From Eledone cirrhosa (lineage: Eukaryota), in the NCBI GenBank assembly GCA_964016885.1, contig OZ024753.1:22320001-22384000 (forward strand): 64,000 nucleotides of DNA. Reading direction: 5' to 3'. The notes below the pieces were generated by a model, which was given only the letters and a program-made list of their open reading frames with translations, searched no databases and was not told the DNA's origin. Shown here piece after piece: positions 11,469 to 23,670 of this stretch; the first letter of the stretch is position 1, and each line of letters opens with the position of its first letter. Position numbers and translations under genes: made by a program.

Positions 11469-12612
11469 GTTGTATTTGTGACCAGCAGTCACCCATATCC
11501 GAGGCCCAAGTCCGGGGAAGGTTGTATTTGTGAGCAGCAGTCACCCATATCCGAGGTTCAAGTCCGGGGAAGGTTGTATTTGTGACCAGCAGTCACCCAT
11601 ATCCGAGGTTCAAGTCCGGGGAAGGTTGTATTTGTGACCAGCAGTCACCCATATCCGAGGCCCAAGTCCGGGGAAGGTTGTATTTGTGACCAGCAGTCAC
11701 GCATATCCGAGGACCAAGTCCGGGGAAGGTTGTATTTGTGACCAGCAGTCACCCATATCCGAGGCCCAAGTCCGGGGAAGGTTGTATTTGTGACCAGCAG
11801 TCACCCATATCCGAGGTTCAAGTCCGGGGAAGGTTGTATTTGTGACCAGCAGTCACCCATATCCGAGGCCCAAGTCTGAGGAAGGTTGTATTTGTGACCA
11901 GCAGTCACCCATATCCGAGGTTCAAGTCCGGGGAAGGTTGTATTTGTGACCAGCAGTCACCCATATCCGAGATTTAAGTCCGGGGAAGGTTGTATTTGTG
12001 ACCAGCAGTCACCCATATCCGAGGTTCAAGTCCGGGGAATGTTGTATTTGTGACCAGCAGTCACCAATATCCGAGGCCCAAGTCCGGGGAAGGTTGTATT
12101 TGTGAGCAGCAGTCACCCATATCCGAGGTTCAAGTCCGGGGAAGGTTGTATTTGTGACCAGCAGTCACCCATATCCGAGGTTCAAGTCCGGGGAAGGTTG
12201 TATTTGTGACCAGCAGTCACCCATATCCGAGGCCCAAGTCCGGGGAAGGTTGTATTTGTGACCAGCAGTCACGCATATCCGAGGCCCAAGTCCGGGGAAG
12301 GTTGTATTTGTGACCAGCAGTCACCCATATCCGAGGCCCAAGTCCGGGGAAGGTTGTATTTGTGACCAGCAGTCACCCATATCCGAGGTTCAAGTCCGGG
12401 GAAGGTTGTATTTGTGACCAGCAGTCACCCATATCCGAGGCCCAAGTCTGGGGAAGGTTGTATTTGTGACCAGCAGTCACCCATATCCGAGGTTCAAGTC
12501 CGGGGAAGGTTGTATTTGTGACCAGCAGTCACCCATATCCGAGATTCAAGTCCGGGGAAGGTTGTATTTGTGACCAGCAGTCACCCATATCCGAGGTTCA
12601 AGTCCGGGGAAT
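11469..12612 (+). repeat. Tandem duplication of 11 monomers (2 x 572 bp)
   Basis: The rare GTGAGCAG variant occurs at 11534 and 12106, and GGAATGTT at 12040 and 12612 (both 572 apart). Copy 3 has a single copy (about 54428). Confidence 0.85.
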
Positions 12613-13969
12613 GTTGTATTTGTGACCAGCAGTCACCCATATCCGAGGCCCAAGTCCGGGGAAGGTTGTATTTGTGACCAGCAGTCACCCATATCCGAGG
12701 TTCAAGTCCGGGGCAGGTTGTATTTGTGACCAGCAGTCACCCATATCCGAAGCCCAAGTCCGGGGAAGGTTGTATTTGTGACCAGCAGTCACCCATATCC
12801 GAGGCCCAAGGCCGGGGAAGGTTGTATTTGTGACCAGCAGTGACCCATATCCGAGGCCCAAGTCCGGGGAAGGTTGTATTTGTGACCAGCAGTCACCCAT
12901 ATCTGAGGCCCAAGTCCGGGGAAGGTTGTATTTGTGACCAGCAGTCACCCATATCCGAGGTTCAAGTCCAGGGAAGGTTGTATTTGTGACCAGCAGTCAC
13001 CCATATCCGAGGTTCAAGTCCGGGGAAGGTTGTATTTGTGACCAGCAGTCACCCATATCCGAGGCCCAAGTCCGGGGAAGGTTGTATTTGTGACCAGCAG
13101 TCACGCATATCCGAGGCCCAAGTCCGGGGAAGGTTGTATTTGTGACCAGCAGTCACCCATATCCGAGGCCCAAGTCCGGGGAAGGTTGTATTTGTGACCA
13201 GCAGTCACCCATATCCGAGGTTCAAGTCCGGGGAAGGTTGTATTTGTGACCAGCAGTCACCCATATCCGAGATTCAAGTCCGGGGAAGGTTGTATTTGTG
13301 ACCTGCAGTCACCCATATCCGAGGTTCAAGTCCGGGGAAGGTTGTATTTGTGACCAGCAGTCACCCATATCCGAGGCCCAAGGCCGGGAAGGTTGTATTT
13401 GTGACCAGCAGTCACCCATATCCGAGATTCAAGTCTGGGGAAGGTTGTATTTGTGACCAGCAGTCACCCATATCCGGAGTTCAAGTCCAGGGAAGGTTGT
13501 ATTTGTGACCAGCAGTCACCCATATCCGAGGTTCAAGTCCGGGGAAGGTTGTATTTGTGACCAGCAGTCACCCATATCCGAGATTCAAGTCCGGGGAAGG
13601 TTGTATTTGTGACCAGCAGTCACCCATATCCGAGGTTCAAGTCCGGGGAAGGTTGTATTTGTGACCAGCAGTCACCCATATCCGAGGCCCAAGGCCGGGA
13701 AGGTTGTATTTGTGACCAGCAGTCACCCATATCCGAGATTCAAGATCGGGGAAGGTTGTATTTGTGACCAGCAGTCACCCATATCCGAGGTTCAAGTCCA
13801 GGGAAGGTTGTATTTGTGACCAGCAGTCACCCATATCAGAGGCCCAAGTCCGGGGAAGGTTGTATTTGTGACCAGCAGTCACCCATATCCGAGGCCCAAG
13901 TCCGGGGAAGGTTGTATTTGTGTCCAGCAGTCACCCATATCCGAGGTTCAAGTCCGGGGAAGGTTGTAT

Positions 13970-16900
13970 TTGTGACCAGCAGTCACCCATATCCGAGGCC
14001 CAAGGCCGGGAAGGTTGTATTTGTTACCAGCAGTCACCCATATCCGAGGCCCAAGGCCGGGAAGGTTGTATTTGTGACCAGCAGTCACCCATATCAGAGA
14101 TTCAAGTCCGGGGAAGGTTGTATTTGTGACCAGCAGTCACCCATATCCGAGGTTCAAGTCCAGGGAAGGTTGTATTTGTGACCAGCAGTCACCCATATCC
14201 GAGATTCAAGTCCAGGGAAGGTTGTATTTGTGACCAGCAGTCACCCATATCCGAGGTTCAAGTCCGGGGAAGGTTGTATTTGTGACCAGCAGTCACCCAT
14301 ATCCGAAGCCCAAGTCCGGGGATGTTGTATTTGTGACCAGCAGTCACCCATATCCGAGGTTCAAGTCCAGGGAAGGTTGTATTTGTGACCAGCAGTCACC
14401 CATATCCGAGGCCCAAGGCCGGGAAGGTTGTATTTGTGACCAGCAGTCACCCATATCCGAGATTCAAGTCTGGGGAAGGTTGTATTTGTGACCAGCAGTC
14501 ACCCATATCCGAGGTTCAAGTCCAGGGAAGGTTGTATTTGTGACCAGTAGTCACCCATATCCGAGGCCTAAGTCTGGGGAAGGTTGTATTTGTGACCTGC
14601 AGTCACCCATATCCGAGGCCCAAGTCCGGGGAAGGTTGTATTTGTGACCAGCAGTCACCCATATCCGAGGTTCAAGTCCGGGGCAGGTTGTATTTGTGAC
14701 CAGCAGTCACCCATATCCGAAGCCCAAGTCCGGGGAAGGTTGTATTTGTGACCAGCAGTCACCCATATCCGAGGCCCAAGGCCGGGGAAGGTTGTATTTG
14801 TGACCAGCAGTCACCCATATCCGAGGCCCAAGTCCGGGGAAGGTTGTATTTGTGACCAGCAGTCACCCATATCCGAGGCCCAAGTCCGGGGAAGGTTGTA
14901 TTTGTGACCAGCAGTCACCCATATCCGAGGCCCAAGTCCGGGGAAGGTTGTATTTGTGACCAGCAGTCACCCATATCCGAGGTTCAAGTCCAGGGAAGGT
15001 TGTATTTGTGACCAGCAGTCACCCATATCCGAGGTTCAAGTCCGGGGAAGGTTGTATTTGTGACCAGCAGTCACCCATATCCGAGGTTCAAGTCCGGGGA
15101 AGGTTGTATTTGTGACCAGCAGTCACGCATATCCGAGGCGCAAGTCCGGGGAAGGTTGTATTTGTGACCAGCAGTCACCCATATCCGAGGCCCAAGTCCG
15201 GGGAAGGTTGTATTTGTGACCAGCAGTCACCCATATCCGAGGTTCAAGTCCGGGGAAGGTTGTATTTGTGACCAGCAGTCACCCATATCCGAGGCCAAAG
15301 TCTGGGGAAGGTTGTATTTGTGACCAGCAGTCACCCATATCCGAGGTTCAAGTCCAGGGAAGGTTGTATTTGTGACCAGCAGTCACCCGTATCCGAGGTT
15401 CAAGTCCGGGGAAGGTTGTATTTGTGACCAGCAGTCACCCATATCCGAGATTCAAGTCCGGGGAAGGTTGTATTTGTGACCAGCAGTCACCCATATCCGA
15501 GGTTCAAGTCCGGGGAATGTTGTATTTGTGACCAGCAGTCACCCATATCCGAGGCCCAAGTCCGGGGAAGGTTGTATTTGTGACCAGCAGTCACCCATAT
15601 CCGAGGTTCAAATCCGGGGCAGGTTGTATTTGTGACCAGCAGTCACCCATATCCGAAGCCCAAGTCCGGGGAAGGTTGTATTTGCGACCAGCAGTCACCC
15701 ATATCCGAGGCCCAAGGCCGGGGAAGGTTTTATTTGCGACCAGCAGTCACCCATATCCGAGGCCCAAGTCCGGGGAAGGTTGTATTTGTGACCAGCAGTC
15801 ACCCATATCCGAGGCCCAAGTCCGGGGAAGGTTGTATTTGTGACCAGCAGTCACCCATATCCGAGGCCCAAGTCCGGGGAAGGTTGTATTTGTGACCAGC
15901 AGTCACCCATATCCGAGGTTCAAGTCCAGGGAAGGTTGTATTTGTGACCAGAAATCACCCATATCCGAGGTTCAAGTCCGGGGAAGGTTGTATTTGTGAC
16001 CAGCAGTCACCCATATCCGAGATTCAAGTCCGGGGAAGGTTGTATTTGTGACCTGCAGTCACCCATATCCGAGGTTCAAGTCCGGGGCAGGTTGTATTTG
16101 TGACCAGCAGTCACCCATATCCGAGGCCCAAGGCCGGGAAGGTTGTATTTGTTACCAGCAGTCACCCATATCCGAGATTCAAGTCCGGCGAAGGTTGTAT
16201 TTGTGACCAGCAGTCACCCATATCCGAGGCCCAAGGCCGGGAAGGTTGTATTTGTGACCAGCAGTCACCCATATCAGAGATTCAAGTCCGGGGAAGGTTG
16301 TATTTGTGACCAGCAGTCACCCATATCCGAGGTTCAAGTCCAGGGAAGGTTGTATTTGTGACCAGCAGTCACCCATATCCGAGATTCAAGTCCAGGGAAG
16401 GTTGTATTTGTGACCAGCAGTCACCCATATCCGAGGTTCAAGTCCGGGAAAGGTTGTATTTGTGACCAGCAGTCACCCATATCCGAAGCCCAAGTCCGGG
16501 GAAGGTTGTATTTGTGACCAGCAGTCACCCATAATCGAGGTTCAAGTCCAGGGAAGGTTGTATTTGTGACCAGCAGTCACCCATATCCGAGGCCCAAGGC
16601 CGGGAAGGTTGTATTTGTGACCAGCAATCACCCATATCCGAGATTCAAGTCTGGGGAAGGTTGTATTTGTGACCAGCAGTCACCCATATCCGAGGTTCAA
16701 GTCCAGGGAAGGTTGTATTTGTGACCAGCAGTCACCCATATCCGAGGCCCAAATCTGGGGAAGGTTGTATTTGTGACCTGCAGTCACCCATATCCGAGGC
16801 CCAAGTCCGGGGAAGGTTGTATTTGTGACCAGCAGTCACCCATATCCGAGGTTCAAGTCCGGGGCAGGTTGTATTTGTGACCAGCAGTCACCCATATCCG

Positions 16901-19900
16901 AAGCCCAAGTCCGGGGAAGGTTGTATTTGTGACCAGCAGTCACCCATATCCGAGGCCCAAGGCCGGGGAAGGTTGTATTTGTGACCAGCAGTCACCCATA
17001 TCCGAGGCCCAAGTCCGGGGAGGTTGTATTTGTGACCAGCAGTCACCCATATCCGAGGCCCAAGTCCGGGGAAGGTTGTATTTGTGACCAGCAGTCACAC
17101 ATATCCGAGGCCCAAGTCCGGGGAAGGTTGTATTTGTGACCAGCAGTCACCCATATCCGAGGTTCAAGTCCAGGGAAGGTTGTATTTGTGACCAGCAGTC
17201 ACCCATATCCGAGGTTCAAGTCCGGGGAAGGTTGTATTTGTGACCAGCAGTCACCCATATCCGAAGCCCAAGTCCGGGGAAGGTTGTATTTGTGACCAGC
17301 AGTCACGCATATCCGAGGCCCAAGTCCGGGGAAGGTTGTATTTGTGACCAGCAGTCACCCATATCCGAGGCCCAAGTCCGGGGAAGGTTGTATTTGTGAC
17401 CAGCAGTCACCCATATCCGAGGTTCAAGTCCGGGGAAGGTTGTATTTGTGACCAGCAGTCACCCATATCCGAGATTCAAGTCCGGGGAAGGTTGTATTTG
17501 TGACCTGCAGTCACCCATATCCGAGGTTCAAGTCCGGGGAAGGTTGTATTTGTGACCAGCAGTCACCCATATCCGAGATTCAAGTCCGGGGAAGGTTGTA
17601 TTTGTGACCAGCAGTCACCCATATCCGAGGTTCAAGTCCGGGGAAGGTTGTATTTGTGACCAGCAGTCACCCATATCCGAGGACCAAGGCCGGGAAGGTT
17701 GTATTTGTGACCAGCAGTCACCCATATCCGAGGCCCAAGGCCGGGAAGGTTGTATTTGTGACCAGCAGTTACCCATATCAGAGATTCAAGTCCGGGGAAG
17801 GTTGTATTTGTGACCAGCAGTCACCCATATCCGAGGTTCAAGTCCAGGGAAGGTTGTATTTGTGACCAGCAGTCACCCATATCCGAGATTCAAGTCCAGG
17901 GAAGGTTGTATTTGTGACCAGCAGTCACCCATATCCGAGGTTCAAGTCCGGGGAAGGTTGTATTTGTGACCAGCAGTCACCCATATCCGAAGCCCAAGTC
18001 CGGGGATGTTGTATTTGTGACCAGCAGTCACAGATATCCGAGGTTCAAGTCCAGGGAAGGTTGTATTTGTGACCAGCAGTCACCCATATCCGAGGCCCAA
18101 GGCCGGGAAGGTTGTATTTGTGACCAGCAGTCACCCATATCCGAGATTCAAGTCTGGGGAAGGTTGTATTTGTGACCAGCAGTCACCCATATCCGAGGTT
18201 CAAGTCCAGGGAAGGTTGTATTTGTGACCAGTAGTCACCCATATCCGAGGCCCAAGGCCGGGAAGGTTGTATTTGTTACCAGCAGTCACCCATATCCGAG
18301 ATTCAAGTCCGGCGAAGGTTGTATTTGTGACCAGCAGTCACCCATATCCGAGGCCCAAGTCCGGGGAAGGTTGTATTTGTGACCAGCAGTCACCCATATC
18401 CGAGGCCCAAGTCCGGGGAAGGTTGTATTTGTGACCAGCAGTCACCCATATCCGAGGTTCAAGTCCGGGGAAGGTTGTATTTGTGACCAGCAGTCACCCA
18501 TATCCGAGATTCAAGTCCGGGGAAGGTTGTATTTGTGACCTGCAGTCACCCATATCCGAGGTTCAAGTCCGGGGAAGGTTGTATTTGTGACCAGCAGTCA
18601 CCCATATCCGAGATTCAAGTCCGGGGAAGGTTGTATTTGTGACCAGCAGTCACCCATATCCGAGGTTCAAGTCCGGGGAAGGTTGTATTTGTGACCAGCA
18701 GTCACCCATATCCGAGGCCCAAGGCCGGGAAGGTTGTATTTGTTACCAGCAGTCACCCATATCCGAGGCCCAAGGCCGGGAAGGTTGTATTTGTGACCAG
18801 CAGTCACCCATATCAGAGATTCAAGTCCGGGGAAGGTTGTATTTGTGACCAGCAGTCACCCATATCCGAGGTTCAAGTCCAGGGAAGGTTGTATTTGTGA
18901 CCAGCAGTCACCCATATCCGAGATTCAAGTCCAGGGAAGGTTGTATTTGTGACCAGCAGTCACCCATATCCGAGGTTCAAGTCCGGGGAAGGTTGTATTT
19001 GTGACCAGCAGTCACCCATATCCGAAGCCCAAGTCCGGGGATGTTGTATTTGTGACCAGCAGTCACCCATATCCGAGGTTCAAGTCCAGGGAAGGTTGTA
19101 TTTGTGACCAGCAGTCACCCATATCCGAGGCCCAAGGCCGGGAAGGTTGTATTTGTGACCAGCAGTCACCCATATCCGAGATTCAAGTCTGGGGAAGGTT
19201 GTATTTGTGACCAGCAGTCACCCATATCCGAGGTTCAAGTCCAGGGAAGGTTGTATTTGTGACCAGTAGTCACCCATATCCGAGGCCTAAGTCTGGGGAA
19301 GGTTGTATTTGTGACCTGCAGTCACCCATATCCGAGGCCCAAGTCCGGGGAAGGTTGTATTTGTGACCAGCAGTCACCCATATCCGAGGTTCAAGTCCGG
19401 GGCAGGTTGTATTTGTGACCAGCAGTCACCCATATCCGAAGCCCAAGTCCGGGGAAGGTTGTATTTGTGACCAGCAGTCACCCATATCCGAGGCCCAAGG
19501 CCGGGGAAGGTTGTATTTGTGACCAGCAGTCACCCATATCCGAGGCCCAAGTCCGGGGAAGGTTGTATTTGTGACCAGCAGTCACCCATATCCGAGGCCC
19601 AAGTCCGGGGAAGGTTGTATTTGTGACCAGCAGTCACCCATATCCGAGGCCCAAGTCCGGGGAAGGTTGTATTTGTGACCAGCAGTCACCCATATCCGAG
19701 GTTCAAGTCCAGGGAAGGTTGTATTTGTGACCAGCAGTCACCCATATCCGAGGTTCAAGTCCGGGGAAGGTTGTATTTGTGACCAGCAGTCACCCATATC
19801 CGAGGTTCAAGTCCGGGGAAGGTTGTATTTGTGACCAGCAGTCACGCATATCCGAAGCGCAAGTCCGGGGAAGGTTGTATTTGTGACCAGCAGTCACCCA

Positions 19901-22900
19901 TATCCGAGGCCCAAGTCCGGGGAAGGTTGTATTTGTGACCAGCAGTCACCCATATCCGAGGTTCAAGTCCGGGGAAGGTTGTATTTGTGACCAGCAGTCA
20001 CCCATATCCGAGGCCAAAGTCTGGGGAAGGTTGTATTTGTGACCAGCAGTCACCCATATCCGAGGTTCAAGTCCAGGGAAGGTTGTATTTGTGACCAGCA
20101 GTCACCCGTATCCGAGGTTCAAGTCCGGGGAAGGTTGTATTTGTGACCAGCAGTCACCCATATCCGAGATTCAAGTCCGGGGAAGGTTGTATTTGTGACC
20201 AGCAGTCACCCATATCCGAGGTTCAAGTCCGGGGAATGTTGTATTTGTGACCAGCAGTCACCCATATCCGAGGCCCAAGTCCGGGGAAGGTTGTATTTGT
20301 GACCAGCAGTCACCCATATCCGAGGTTCAAATCCGGGGCAGGTTGTATTTGTGACCAGCAGTCACCCATATCCGAAGCCCAAGTCCGGGGAAGGTTGTAT
20401 TTGCGACCAGCAGTCACCCATATCCGAGGCCCAAGGCCGGGGAAGGTTTTATTTGCGACCAGCAGTCACCCATATCCGAGGCCCAAGTCCGGGGAAGGTT
20501 GTATTTGTGACCAGCAGTCACCCATATCCGAGGCCCAAGTCCGGGGAAGGTTGTATTTGTGACCAGCAGTCACCCATATCCGAGGCCCAAGTCCGGGGAA
20601 GGTTGTATTTGTGACCAGCAGTCACCCATATCCGAGGTTCAAGTCCAGGGAAGGTTGTATTTGTGACCAGAAATCACCCATATCCGAGGTTCAAGTCCGG
20701 GGAAGGTTGTATTTGTGACCAGCAGTCACCCATATCCGAGATTCAAGTCCGGGGAAGGTTGTATTTGTGACCTGCAGTCACCCATATCCGAGGTTCAAGT
20801 CCGGGGAAGGTTGTATTTGTGACCAGCAGTCACCCATATCCGAGGCCCAAGGCCGGGAAGGTTGTATTTGTGACCAGCAGTCACCCATATCCGAGATTCA
20901 AGTCTGGGGAAGGTTGTATTTGTGACCAGCAGTCACCCATATCCGAGGTTCAAGTCCAGGGAAGGTTGTATTTGTGACCAGCAGTCACCCATATCCGAGG
21001 TTCAAGTCCGGGGAAGGTTGTATTTGTGACCAGCAGTCACCCATATCCGAGATTCAAGTCCGGGGAAGGTTGTATTTGTGACCAGCAGTCACCCATATCC
21101 GAGGTTCAAGTCCGGGGAAGGTTGTATTTGTGACCAGCAGTCACCTATATCCGAGGCCCAAGGCCGGGAAGGTTGTATTTGTGACCAGCAGTCACCCATA
21201 TCCGAGATTCAAGTCCGGGGAAGGTTGTATTTGTGACCAGCAGTCACCCATATCCGAGGTTCAAGTCCAGGGAAGGTTGTATTTGTGACCAGCAGTCACC
21301 CATATCAGAGGCCCAAGTCCGGGGAAGGTTGTATTTGTGACCAGCAGTCACCCATATCCGAGGCCCAAGTCCGGGGAAGGTTGTATTTGTGACCAGCAGT
21401 CACCCATATCCGAGGTTCAAGTCCGGGGAAGGTTGTATTTGTGACCAGCAGTCACCCATATCCGAGGCCCAAGGCCGGGAAGGTTGTATTTGTTACCAGC
21501 AGTCACCCATATCCGAGATTCAAGTCCGGCGAAGGTTGTATTTGTGACCAGCAGTCACCCATATCCGAGGCCCAAGGCCGGGAAGGTTGTATTTGTGACC
21601 AGCAGTCACCCATATCAGAGATTCAAGTCCGGGGAAGGTTGTATTTGTGACCAGCAGTCACCCATATCCGAGGTTCAAGTCCAGGGAAGGTTGTATTTGT
21701 GACCAGCAGTCACCCATATCCGAGATTCAAGTCCAGGGAAGGTTGTATTTGTGACCAGCAGTCACCCATATCCGAGGTTCAAGTCCGGGAAAGGTTGTAT
21801 TTGTGACCAGCAGTCACCCATATCCGAAGCCCAAGTCCGGGGAAGGTTGTATTTGTGACCAGCAGTCACCCATAATCGAGGTTCAAGTCCAGGGAAGGTT
21901 GTATTTGTGACCAGCAGTCACCCATATCCGAGGCCCAAGGCCGGGAAGGTTGTATTTGTGACCAGCAATCACCCATATCCGAGATTCAAGTCTGGGGAAG
22001 GTTGTATTTGTGACCAGCAGTCACCCATATCCGAGGTTCAAGTCCAGGGAAGGTTGTATTTGTGACCAGCAGTCACCCATATCCGAGGCCCAAATCTGGG
22101 GAAGGTTGTATTTGTGACCTGCAGTCACCCATATCCGAGGCCCAAGTCCGGGGAAGGTTGTATTTGTGACCAGCAGTCACCCATATCCGAGGTTCAAGTC
22201 CGGGGCAGGTTGTATTTGTGACCAGCAGTCACCCATATCCGAAGCCCAAGTCCGGGGAAGGTTGTATTTGTGACCAGCAGTCACCCATATCCGAGGCCCA
22301 AGGCCGGGGAAGGTTGTATTTGTGACCAGCAGTCACCCATATCCGAGGCCAAAGTCCGGGGAGGTTGTATTTGTGACCAGCAGTCACCCATATCCGAGGC
22401 CCAAGTCCGGGGAAGGTTGTATTTGTGACCAGCAGTCACACATATCCGAGGCCCAAGTCCGGGGAAGGTTGTATTTGTGACCAGCAGTCACCCATATCCG
22501 AGGTTCAAGTCCAGGGAAGGTTGTATTTGTGACCAGCAGTCACCCATATCCGAGGTTCAAGTCCGGGGAAGGTTGTATTTGTGACCAGCAGTCACCCATA
22601 TCCGAAGCCCAAGTCCGGGGAAGGTTGTATTTGTGACCAGCAGTCACGCATATCCGAGGCCCAAGTCCGGGGAAGGTTGTATTTGTGACCAGCAGTCACC
22701 CATATCCGAGGCCCAAGTCCGGGGAAGGTTGTATTTGTGACCAGCAGTCACCCATATCCGAGGTTCAAGTCCGGGGAAGGTTGTATTTGTGACCAGCAGT
22801 CACCCATATCCGAGATTCAAGTCCGGGGAAGGTTGTATTTGTGACCTGCAGTCACCCATATCCGAGGTTCAAGTCCGGGGAAGGTTGTATTTGTGACCAG

Positions 22901-23670
22901 CAGTCACCCATATCCGAGATTCAAGTCCGGGGAAGGTTGTATTTGTGACCAGCAGTCACCCATATCCGAGGTTCAAGTCCGGGGAAGGTTGTATTTGTGA
23001 CCAGCAGTCACCCATATCCGAGGACCAAGGCCGGGAAGGTTGTATTTGTGACCAGCAGTCACCCATATCCGAGGCCCAAGGCCGGGAAGGTTGTATTTGT
23101 GACCAGCAGTTACCCATATCAGAGATTCAAGTCCGGGGAAGGTTGTATTTGTGACCAGCAGTCACCCATATCCGAGGTTCAAGTCCAGGGAAGGTTGTAT
23201 TTGTGACCAGCAGTCACCCATATCCGAGATTCAAGTCCAGGGAAGGTTGTATTTGTGACCAGCAGTCACCCATATCCGAGGTTCAAGTCCGGGGAAGGTT
23301 GTATTTGTGACCAGCAGTCACCCATATCCGAAGCCCAAGTCCGGGGATGTTGTATTTGTGACCAGCAGTCACAGATATCCGAGGTTCAAGTCCAGGGAAG
23401 GTTGTATTTGTGACCAGCAGTCACCCATATCCGAGGCCCAAGGCCGGGAAGGTTGTATTTGTGACCAGCAGTCACCCATATCCGAGATTCAAGTCTGGGG
23501 AAGGTTGTATTTGTGACCAGCAGTCACCCATATCCGAGGTTTAAGTCCAGGGAAGGTTGTATTTGTGACCAGTAGTCACCCATATCCGAGGCCCAAGGCC
23601 GGGAAGGTTGTATTTGTTACCAGCAGTCACCCATATCCGAGATTCAAGTCCGGCGAAGGTTGTATTTGTG
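13970..23670 (+). repeat. Near-tandem duplication of a 4.4-5 kb block (about 13970-18330 vs 18690-23670)
   Basis: ORF pairs occur at offset 4,719 (14282/19001, 15580/20299) and then 5,341 (16100/21441, 17604/22945, 17966/23307). Shared rare variants are GCGCAAG, TTGCGACC, CCAGAAATC and CAAATCC. Confidence 0.8.
14684..15619 (+). repeat. Example of the short higher-order repeat (18 monomers, 936 bp)
   Basis: The GGGGCAGG marker occurs at 14684 and 15620. The same monomer order recurs at about 19403-20339 and 40983-41918, with 16-17-mer versions at about 3323, 25833, 54152, 57006 and 61156. Confidence 0.75.
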
